Made by a program: the position numbers and the translations under genes. Below, one piece after another: positions 56,401 through 64,000 of a stretch of 64,000 bases of DNA (within the stretch, counting starts at the first letter, position 1; each line of letters opens with the position of its first letter). The notes beneath the pieces are model-generated. The model had not been told where the DNA came from and made no database searches. It saw only the letters and a program-made list of their open reading frames with translations. Source of the stretch: an uncultured bacterium (lineage in GTDB: Bacteria; Verrucomicrobiota; Verrucomicrobiia; Limisphaerales; UBA8199); assembly GCA_963749495.1 (NCBI GenBank), contig CAVVMW010000004.1:480001-544000 (forward strand). Reading direction: 5' to 3'.

Positions 56401-57047
56401 GCCAGCGAGCTGAAAACGATCTCGCCGACTTGGAGCGCACCCACAAGGAGCGCATGGCCGGCCTTGACCGCCTCTCCATCGCCCGGCACGGACCTGTTCG
56501 CCACGTCGCCACCTCGCTTGTCCTCCCGGCCACGGAGATTGCTACCCTCGCCCATCAGATGGGAGAGGGGCCGGGGGTGAGGGCCGCCATCAGCGAACTC
56601 CTCGATGACCTCGACCCCGAAGTCAATCGCCTAAGTGAACTCGCCGCCGAGAACGTCGTCATCGCCTACGAGACGGCGCGCGGTTGGGAGTGCACACGCG
56701 TTGGCCATGAAAAAATCGGCTTTGATATTCGAAGCCTCGGCCCGGCCGACCCGCAAACTGGCTACCGCGATCCCGTTACCAGCCTCCGCCGCATCGAAGT
56801 GAAAGGCCGCAAGCGCGGCCAGACCGTCCGCCTCACCACCAACGAATGGTACAAGGCCATCCAACTGGGCGACTCCTACTGGCTTTACGTGGTCTGGGAC
56901 CCGCTCGGAAAGCCGGATAAGATCCCTTTGATGATTCGGAACCCGGCCAAACACCTTGACCACGCCAAAAAAGAGGTTGTCGCCGCGAGGTATTTCGATA
57001 TCCCCGCCCCCGCAATTGAGATGGCGGCGCGGCAGGTGAGCCTCTAA
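53456..57047 (+). CDS. SNF2-family helicase with C-terminal DUF3883 (PD-(D/E)xK) nuclease; frameshift near 55710
   Basis: LLADDPGAGKT, IIDEAH, LTATPH, EGINLQ, EQRLGRIHRIGQ; removing one base gives EPRADGLWRVEH into the 55899-57047 frame with GFDIRS..RRIEVKGR..LTTNEW. Confidence 0.9.
56545..56583. repeat. Intergenic-type repeat inside the helicase CDS
   Basis: CCCTCGCCCATCAGATGGGAGAGGGGCCGGGGGTGAGGG resembles 10515-10553; 39 bp, frame preserved. Confidence 0.75.
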
Positions 57048-57069
57048 TATCCTGGATGGAGACAACGCG

Positions 57070-58080
57070 ATGAACCATCAGAACACAATACCGGGTGGAT
57101 CAGCAACGAAACTGGTAATCCAGGTGGAAGGACCGCGAGTGGGAACCGCTCGGCTCTCTGCTGCCGACTTCGCTGACATCGTGCGTCGTACCCAGCAGGC
57201 GCTAAAACGCGTCGGCCAGGTGCTCTACGGCCAGGAGTCTGCCGGGCAAGGGCGCAAGCCGAAGGAAATTGAGCAGCTCTGCGAACTTTTCCTGGTGGAA
57301 TGGAAAGGCGGCAGTGCCGTTGCCGGGCTTGAGCTCCCCGTAGGCCCGCCTCAGATGCACCTCTTCGGCTGCGTCGGTGAGGAGAGCCTCAAAGCCCTCC
57401 TCGACGGCATCCAGGCGGTGGCCTCGGGAACAGTCGAACCCTCGCATCTCCCGGTGGGGTTCGACCTTGGGGTTCTGCAAACCTGCGAAGCCCTTGGCAG
57501 CGTGCTGCCCCACGGCATAGATCAATTGAGATTGTCGGCGAATGGCAGGCTTTCCAAAACGGCAGTTTACGACTCCGGTGTGCGCAATAAATTCCGAACG
57601 TTGTTGGAATTGCCTGCCACCGTCAACCAAGTTGTAACGGTCGGGCGCCTGGAGGAACTCAACGGCCACGGGGCTCTGACCGGGCGCTTATGGGAGCCGG
57701 ACGGGACTCGCTGGACGTGCCGGTTCAGGATCGAGCATCGCGAACTGCTGCCCGAGGCATGGCTTCACAACGTTCAGGCCAAGGGCAAGAAGTTAACCGA
57801 GGAAGGCAAGGAAAACATCCTCGAGGTGGATTCGCTCCTGATTTTGGACGAGACCACGGCCGCTGCCGCTGGCGAAGCACTCTCTGCCGCTTCGTCCTTC
57901 TGGGCGCCGCAGAGCCTCGACAACCTCATCCGCCAGCAGGGCATCACCCCGGCCGGTAGCCTTGACGAGATCTCCGCGCTCTGGCCGGCTGAGGATGACG
58001 CAGACGAACTGCTGGACTTCATCCATTCCCGGCGCACTGAGCATCGCCAGCTCGCCAGGGAAACGCAGGGCCGGCAATGA
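57070..58080 (+). CDS. Hypothetical protein, probable partner (antitoxin-like C-terminus) of the PIN gene
   Basis: 336-aa ORF with RBS GGAGA; ends FW..SLDNLIRQQGITP..L..WP..D..LLDFI..RR; ATGA overlap with the PIN gene. Confidence 0.75.
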   Translation: MNHQNTIPGGSATKLVIQVEGPRVGTARLSAADFADIVRRTQQALKRVGQVLYGQESAGQGRKPKEIEQLCELFLVEWKGGSAVAGLELPVGPPQMHLFGCVGEESLKALLDGIQAVASGTVEPSHLPVGFDLGVLQTCEALGSVLPHGIDQLRLSANGRLSKTAVYDSGVRNKFRTLLELPATVNQVVTVGRLEELNGHGALTGRLWEPDGTRWTCRFRIEHRELLPEAWLHNVQAKGKKLTEEGKENILEVDSLLILDETTAAAAGEALSAASSFWAPQSLDNLIRQQGITPAGSLDEISALWPAEDDADELLDFIHSRRTEHRQLARETQGRQ

Positions 58081-58488
58081 GTACCAATCCTGCTCGACCC
58101 CACCGTAGCCAGCCTGCTTCATCCCAAAAAGAGGCGGACGGCGGACAGAGCCAAGTATGAGCCGGACATGCGGGGCAACGTCCTTGCGCTGAGCTTTCAA
58201 AGCGTTGCCGAGCTCTGGTCCTGGGCCGAGCAAAACGGCTGGAGCGAGGCCAACAAGCAAGGACTCGAGGCCTTCATCCGTCGCTTCCTCGTCATTCCCT
58301 ACGACTTCGAACTCGCCAAAACTTGGGCTCGAGTTACCAACCAGAGCAAACAGATGGGGAGGCTCCTTTCTGCGGGCGATGCTTGGATTGCCGCAACCGC
58401 CGTCCGGCATAAACTGACCCTCCTTTCTCACGACAGAGACTTTCTTGGCTTGAGCATCCCCAACCTCCATGTCATCTGCTATGCATAA
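58077..58488 (+). CDS. PIN-domain (VapC-like) ribonuclease; frameshift after codon 3
   Basis: MST-ILLDPTVAS...SVAEL...GDAWIAATA..LLSHDRDF after removing one A near 58086. Confidence 0.85.
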
Positions 58489-58567
58489 CACGCAGGGACG
58501 CTGCGATCAGTCTGACTCAGCAGTGCAAAAAGGTGGGCAAGCCCTCGGACCAACGCCAACGCCCAGA

Positions 58568-61500
58568 ATGGAAAATGATAAGCGCCTTATCGAGGACTAC
58601 CTCCCCATAGAGGCCATCAGTGCCGAGGCGTCGCGCGAAAAGTCCGTCCGCAAGGGCCACATCTCCACGCTGCACCTGTGGTGGGCACGCCGTCCGCTTG
58701 TGGCCTGCCGGGCGGCGGTCTATGGCGCGCTGGTGCCGGCGTCACAGTTCGTGCCGAACGAAGGTTCCGACGCTCAAAGGAAGAGCCTTGGGCGAGCCAA
58801 CGCCGCCAAGTTTATCAAACGGCTGTGTCAGTATCCGACCGACGCCAAGCCGGAGCAGAAGGCGGACATCGAACGTGCGGTCGGAGAGGCGCAGCAGCAC
58901 ATCCTGACCGCGCATGCGGAACGTTTGGGCCAGGAGACGGGAAAACCTGTCACGGTGGAGGACATCGTAACCGGGCGCGCGCCGCGCCCGCGCGTACTCG
59001 ACATGTTTGCCGGCGGCGGCGCTATACCGTTGGAAGCCTTGCGGCTCGGCTGCGATGCCTACGCGCTGGACCTCAATCCCGTGGCTCACATCATCGAGCT
59101 CTGCACGCTGGTCTATCCGCAGAAATACGGCAAACCCGACCCGACGGCGCGCGGGATGAGTGGCCCGAAGAAGGCCAAAGGCGAAACCACTTGGGGCGGA
59201 TTGGCCGAGGAAGTCCGCTACTGGGGCGACTGGGTGCTGAACAAGGTCAAAGCCGAAATCGGCAACCTTTACCCGCTCATCCCCGATCCCGAGTTCACGC
59301 AGCCGAAGAAGCGGAAAGGTGTCACGGGCGATGACGTTTTCGCCGAGCCACAGGACGTCATGGACTTTGCGACAGATCCTCAGCAACGCCTGAAAACGCG
59401 CGTGGGCTACCTGATGCCGGTCGCCTATCTCTGGACGCGCACCGTCACCTGCAAGAACCCCAACTGCAAAGCCACCGTCCCGCTGGTGCGCCAGACTTGG
59501 CTCTGCAAGAAGGACAAACGCTACGCTGCGCTGAAGATGATCGCGCCACGCGGCAAGAGAAAGGTCCGCTTCGAGGTCGTCGAGGCGGGCTCGGAGAACG
59601 GACTGGGCTTCGACCCCGCTGGCTTCTCGAAGGCCGGGAATGCCACCTGCCCGTTCTGCGGCACGGTCGCCGACAGCGATCACGTCAAGGCCGAAGGCTG
59701 CGCCGCGCGCTTGGCCACCCAATTCATGGCCGTCGCCTGTAGTCGCCCCGGCCAGCAGAGAAAAGTATATCTCGCCGCCCATGACGTGCCGGACGCTATG
59801 CCTGATGAAAGATCTATCCACTGTCGCATCCAGAAATTGTGTGAACGTACCGGGCTGTCTTTGCCAGACGAGCCTATCGTGAACGACGCGAAAGGTGCGT
59901 TGTTCTGCGTCCTGTATGGTCAGACAAGTTGGAAGGACATCTTCATTGCTCGTCAATTGATGTGCTTGCTCACGTTCGTGGATATGGTCCACCAAGCGGA
60001 AGAGCAAATGCAAGAGACGGGATGCAACAAAGGTCACCGGACTGCGGTTGCAACATCCTTGGGTATGCTTGTTGATAGGCTTGCCGTGTACTCTTCCACA
60101 CAATGCGTGTGGCATTACCAGAAGGGCGAGCGAACCGCAAAGACGTTTGGCCGCCAAGCACTGCCAATGAGTTGGGATTTCTCTGAAGCCTGTCCGTTCA
60201 ACACGGAAAACGCCAGTTGGCCGGTCGCAATGGAGTGGCTCGTGCCAGGACTCAACGGCGTCAATGTTGGCAGAGAGGCAACCGTACATCGTGGAACTGC
60301 GACCGCAATGCCTTGGTCGGAACAAACGTTCGACGCTGTGATAACTGACCCGCCCTATTATGACAACGTGCCTTACGCAGACATAGCTGATTTCTTCTAT
60401 GTCTGGCTAAAGCGCACGGTGGGTCACTTGTATCAAGAACACTTTGCCGCTGTTGGCACTCCAAAGAAAAGCGAGGCGGTTGCGGACGCAACCCGTCACG
60501 GTGGAGACAAGGAGAAGGCGAAGCGCGCCTACGAAGGAATGATGGCCGGTTCGTTTTCGGAGGCTTCCCGGGTACTCAAGCCTGGAGGACAGTTAGGCGT
60601 AGTTTACGCGCACAAGACCACGCTCGGTTGGGCGACATTGGTGGACGCCCTTCGGAACGCAGGCTTTGTTGTAAGCGAAGCGTGGCCGATGGATACTGAG
60701 ACTCTTGGTCGGTTGCGTGCGCAGGATTCCGCCGCGTTGGCCTCCAGCATTTTTCTGGTGGCGCGGAAGCGGGAGGGGGCAAAGACGGGCAACTACGAAG
60801 AAGAGGTCAAACCGGAGTTGGAGAAGATCGTGCGGGAGCGGGTGGAAACGTTGTGGGCGATGGGGATTTCGGGGGCGGATCTGGTGATCGCCTGCGTTGG
60901 CGCCGGCTTGCGGGCCTTTACCCGCTTCGCCCGCGTGGAATACGCCAACGGTGAGGAGGTTCCCGCCGAGCGCTTTCTCACCGAGGTTGAGACCGTGGTG
61001 CTGGACCACATCCTTGCCCGGCTGGCCAAGGAAGCCGAAGCGGCGGCTCGCAGGGAAGCGAAGAAAGCTGGCAAGGAGCCGCCGCAGGACCCGAGCATCG
61101 CGCTGGGCCATGTTGACCCCGCCACCCGCTTCTACATACTGTGGCGCTATACCTACAGCGCCGCCGAATTGGACGCCGGCGAGGCCATCATCTTCGCCAA
61201 TGGCACCCATGTTGAGCTCGATGGCCAGCACAGCCTCACCAGCGGTGCCCACGCCCTGGTCACGAAAGGGAAGGGTAAATACGCCCTCCGGGATTTTTCC
61301 GAGCGGGGCGAGGATGATCATCTGGGTCTCTCATCGGAAAATGGCCAACCGGCCCCGCTGGTTGACGCCCTTCACCGCACGCTTTGGCTGATGGAGAAAC
61401 GCCCCACCGAACTCCCGGGCTTCCTTCGCGACTCCCAGGTGAACCGCGAGCAATTGCGCCTCGTCGCCCAGGCCCTCGCCGGCCCGGCACTGAAGGGCGG

Positions 61501-61642
61501 CGAGTTGAGGGACGTCTCGCCCACGGCCGAGCTCTCTGCCCTCGGGAAACTGACCGCCAACTGGCAAAGCGTGGTCGAAGACGCCGCCTTGACCGCAGGC
61601 GAGAAAGAGGAGCGCAAGAAAGGCCAGAAACAATTGATTTGA
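58568..61642 (+). CDS. DUF1156-containing amino-DNA methyltransferase
   Basis: LHLWWARRPL (DUF1156), DMFAGGG (SAM binding), TDPPYYD (catalytic), Zn ribbon CKNPNC/CPFC. Confidence 0.92.
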   Translation: MENDKRLIEDYLPIEAISAEASREKSVRKGHISTLHLWWARRPLVACRAAVYGALVPASQFVPNEGSDAQRKSLGRANAAKFIKRLCQYPTDAKPEQKADIERAVGEAQQHILTAHAERLGQETGKPVTVEDIVTGRAPRPRVLDMFAGGGAIPLEALRLGCDAYALDLNPVAHIIELCTLVYPQKYGKPDPTARGMSGPKKAKGETTWGGLAEEVRYWGDWVLNKVKAEIGNLYPLIPDPEFTQPKKRKGVTGDDVFAEPQDVMDFATDPQQRLKTRVGYLMPVAYLWTRTVTCKNPNCKATVPLVRQTWLCKKDKRYAALKMIAPRGKRKVRFEVVEAGSENGLGFDPAGFSKAGNATCPFCGTVADSDHVKAEGCAARLATQFMAVACSRPGQQRKVYLAAHDVPDAMPDERSIHCRIQKLCERTGLSLPDEPIVNDAKGALFCVLYGQTSWKDIFIARQLMCLLTFVDMVHQAEEQMQETGCNKGHRTAVATSLGMLVDRLAVYSSTQCVWHYQKGERTAKTFGRQALPMSWDFSEACPFNTENASWPVAMEWLVPGLNGVNVGREATVHRGTATAMPWSEQTFDAVITDPPYYDNVPYADIADFFYVWLKRTVGHLYQEHFAAVGTPKKSEAVADATRHGGDKEKAKRAYEGMMAGSFSEASRVLKPGGQLGVVYAHKTTLGWATLVDALRNAGFVVSEAWPMDTETLGRLRAQDSAALASSIFLVARKREGAKTGNYEEEVKPELEKIVRERVETLWAMGISGADLVIACVGAGLRAFTRFARVEYANGEEVPAERFLTEVETVVLDHILARLAKEAEAAARREAKKAGKEPPQDPSIALGHVDPATRFYILWRYTYSAAELDAGEAIIFANGTHVELDGQHSLTSGAHALVTKGKGKYALRDFSERGEDDHLGLSSENGQPAPLVDALHRTLWLMEKRPTELPGFLRDSQVNREQLRLVAQALAGPALKGGELRDVSPTAELSALGKLTANWQSVVEDAALTAGEKEERKKGQKQLI

Positions 61643-61643
61643 T

Positions 61644-62282
61644 ATGAGCAAACCACCCCTGAAGAAAGCTGCCACCCCGCCGCCCTCGGCCACGGGAGAG
61701 CCGCAAACAGAGATCATCCTGTACCAGGCGGAGGACGGCAAAACCAAGATCGAGGTCCATCTCCTGGACGATACGGTCTGGCTCACGCAGGCCCAAATGG
61801 CGGAATTGTTTCAAACCTCCGTCCCCAACGTCAGCATCCACATCCGTAACGTGTTCGAGGAAAAGGAGTTGCAACAGGATTCAGTTGTTAAAGAATTTTT
61901 AACAACTGCCGCTGACGGCAAGAACTACCAAACCCGCTTTTATAACCTGGACGTAATCATCTCCGTTGGCTACCGGGTCAAATCGCATCGCGGCACCCAG
62001 TTCCGCATCTGGGCCACCCAGCGGTTGAAAGAGTATATCGTAAAAGGCTTCGCGCTCGATGACGAACGCCTCAAAAAGGGCGGCGGTGATTATTTCGACG
62101 AATTACTCCAGCGCATCCGGGAAATCCGGGCATCCGAGCGAAATTTTTACCAGAAAATCAAAGACATCTACACCACGAGCCTTGACTACGATCCTCACGC
62201 CCAAATCACTGTTGACTTCTTCGCAAAAGGCCAGGGAAGTGGGCCACTCGCCAAGCAGCCCGAGCAATCAATAATCCTATGA
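61644..62282 (+). pseudogene. Virulence RhuM family protein, C-terminally truncated
   Basis: TVWLTQAQMAELF, YNLDVIISVGYRVKS..GTQFRIWAT, IREIRASE; similarity stops at FFAK (~62228). Confidence 0.8.
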
Positions 62283-64000
62283 GCGCAAATGCAGTCAAAC
62301 CCTGGGTCGAATCCGTCATCCTCCACCCGGACGTTGTCTCGCCCAACTTCTCCGAAGACATCTTCGCTCTCGACCTTGGACCGCTGGCCGACGGCAACAA
62401 AAACGTGCCAGCAGTCTATCGCGATCCGGAGCAGTTCTTCCGTGCCTCCTACATCACGACCGGTCTCCAGTCGCTGTTGCTGGACGTCCTCTCGCGCCTT
62501 TCTGGCGGCACCGGCAACCGGGTTCTCAAGCTCATCACGCCGTTCGGCGGCGGTAAGTCCCACACCCTGGCCTCGCTGTTCCACGCTGCCAAGAACCGTA
62601 AAACCCTCGATTCGATCCCCGAAGGCAAAGCCCTCCCGAACATAGGCAGAGTCCGCACGGCTGTCTTCGATGGTCAGTTTTTCAGTCCCTCCAACGGAAA
62701 GGACTTCCCCGGTGGCAAAGGCAAGGCGAACACCCTCTGGGGCTGGGTCGCCTGGTCTCTTGCCGGCGCCGCCGGCTACGAGCTTTTTCGCAAAGACGAC
62801 AAAGGGCGCGTCTCGCCCGGCGCCGATGACATCGTCAAACTCCTCGGGGACGACGCAAACCTCATCCTGCTGGACGAAGTCCTCGAATACCTTATCAGCG
62901 CCGGGGGTATCAAAGTCCTCGACACCACCCTGCGCGACGAAACCCTCAGTTTCATCAAGCGCCTCACCGTCGCCGTCGGCAACACCCCCAAGAGCGTGCT
63001 GGTGTTCTCGCTCCAGTCCAGCAAACGCGAGTCCCTCGACTACATCAACCTGCTCCAAACCATAGACCACCTCGCCGCCCGCAAAGACCAGCGCCGCGAG
63101 CCGGTCGAAGGCAACGAAGTCTTGCGCGTAATCCAGCGCCGCCTGCTGGGCAAAATGCCCGCCGAGTCCGATTCCACCCCGGCCGCCACCGCCCACCAGG
63201 AAGTCGTCACCGCCATGCGGCGCGCCTACGCCAAGACCCCCGCCGAGCAGGCCCAGGCCGATCAGGAAGGCATCGAACTCCGCGACCGCATCCGCTCCGC
63301 CTACCCCTTCCACCCAGCTCTCATAGACCTCATGCGCGAGCGATGGGCCGCCATCCCCGACTTCCAGCGCACCCGCGGTGCCCTCCGTTTTCTCGCTGCG
63401 TGCCTCCGCTCCTGCCAGGCAGCCGGCAAAAGCCGATCGCTCCTTGGCCCCTGCGATGTTCCGCTCCAGGACCCTAACGTCCGCCTTTCCTTTTTCAAGG
63501 AAGTTGGTCAGCAGGCCGACTTCCAGGCATGCCTCGAACACGATTTTGTTGGTGCCAACGCCCGCGCTCGCCGCATTGACGAGCGCCGCGCCAAAGAATT
63601 CCCCGCCGAGGCCATCAAGCGTCCCGCCACGCGGATCGCTACCGCCATACTTATGTATTCTTTCGGCGGTCTCCGCCGCGAGGGCGCCAACGCAACCGAA
63701 ATCCTGCCCCCCGGCATCAGCGAAGCCGACCTCCTCGCCATCTGTGTCGGGCCGGACCTCGACAGCACCACCGTAATGGCCTGCCTGAAGGAGCTTAAGG
63801 AACAATGCCTCTACCTTCACTTTGACGGCGTCCGCTACTGCTTCAAGAAAGACCCCAACGTCACCCTCCTCGTGGAACAGGAGGCCGACGTTGTCGCCCG
63901 TGATGAGGACCTCGTTCACGACAAAATCAAGGAAATGCTCGAAGCCCGCCTCGCTGGCCACAACGTTTACGTCTGGCCCACCAGCTCCGGTGAGGTCCCC
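62279..64000 (+). CDS. DUF499-family AAA+ ATPase (runs off the right edge)
   Basis: Not in the ORF track. ATG 62279 gives MSANAVKPWVESVILHPDV..FALDL..YRDPEQFF; Walker A TPFGGGKSH; Walker B LILLDE; SAYPFHP; FQRTRGALRFLA. Confidence 0.92.
   Translation, partial: MSANAVKPWVESVILHPDVVSPNFSEDIFALDLGPLADGNKNVPAVYRDPEQFFRASYITTGLQSLLLDVLSRLSGGTGNRVLKLITPFGGGKSHTLASLFHAAKNRKTLDSIPEGKALPNIGRVRTAVFDGQFFSPSNGKDFPGGKGKANTLWGWVAWSLAGAAGYELFRKDDKGRVSPGADDIVKLLGDDANLILLDEVLEYLISAGGIKVLDTTLRDETLSFIKRLTVAVGNTPKSVLVFSLQSSKRESLDYINLLQTIDHLAARKDQRREPVEGNEVLRVIQRRLLGKMPAESDSTPAATAHQEVVTAMRRAYAKTPAEQAQADQEGIELRDRIRSAYPFHPALIDLMRERWAAIPDFQRTRGALRFLAACLRSCQAAGKSRSLLGPCDVPLQDPNVRLSFFKEVGQQADFQACLEHDFVGANARARRIDERRAKEFPAEAIKRPATRIATAILMYSFGGLRREGANATEILPPGISEADLLAICVGPDLDSTTVMACLKELKEQCLYLHFDGVRYCFKKDPNVTLLVEQEADVVARDEDLVHDKIKEMLEARLAGHNVYVWPTSSGEVP

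Noticed and set aside
1053..58488. Frameshifts in many long genes as programmed frameshifting or phase variation
   Set aside because: Single-base indels, mostly in short G/C/A runs, scattered across unrelated genes; sequencing or assembly error is more likely. Raw reads would decide.
62195..63961. 588-aa minus-strand ORF
   Set aside because: Shadow of the plus-strand DUF499 ATPase, which has clear Walker motifs.

Overview
GC-rich bacterial DNA. Gene content (Tat-exported Gfo/Idh/MocA oxidoreductases, many exported glycosidases) and the palindromic intergenic repeats suggest Verrucomicrobiota/PVC; this is an inference. Many long genes carry single-base frameshifts, mostly in short homopolymers, as expected from uncorrected long-read errors, so genes are reported here as reconstructed units. 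Layout: (1) 1-7.3 kb, a ~2070-aa secreted 2xLamG protein and a co-oriented secreted partner; (2) 7.7-24.3 kb, carbohydrate-use genes mixed with gene remnants and a 157-bp MITE; (3) 24.7-28.6 kb, a MazF-type TA pair, an internally deleted rtcA, an IS1634-family element and a ParDE-type pair; (4) 28.8-35.3 kb, mostly deleted or fused gene remnants; (5) 35.9-41.3 kb, a ~1790-aa TPR/propeller/HEAT protein; (6) 41.7-44.1 kb, a group II intron with atypical ends (5' CCGCG, 3' GGC) inserted in a palindromic cassette that carries an IS200-type tnpA stub, with EBS1/EBS2 matching that cassette; (7) GH38-like and GH31 glycosidases and an oxidoreductase; (8) 53.5-64 kb, a BREX-related/restriction-like locus (SNF2 helicase-DUF3883 nuclease, DUF1156 methyltransferase, DUF499 ATPase) with an inserted hypothetical+PIN pair and a truncated RhuM gene. 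No rRNA, tRNA or CRISPR array was recognised. Family calls come from motif recognition by eye, not from database searches.
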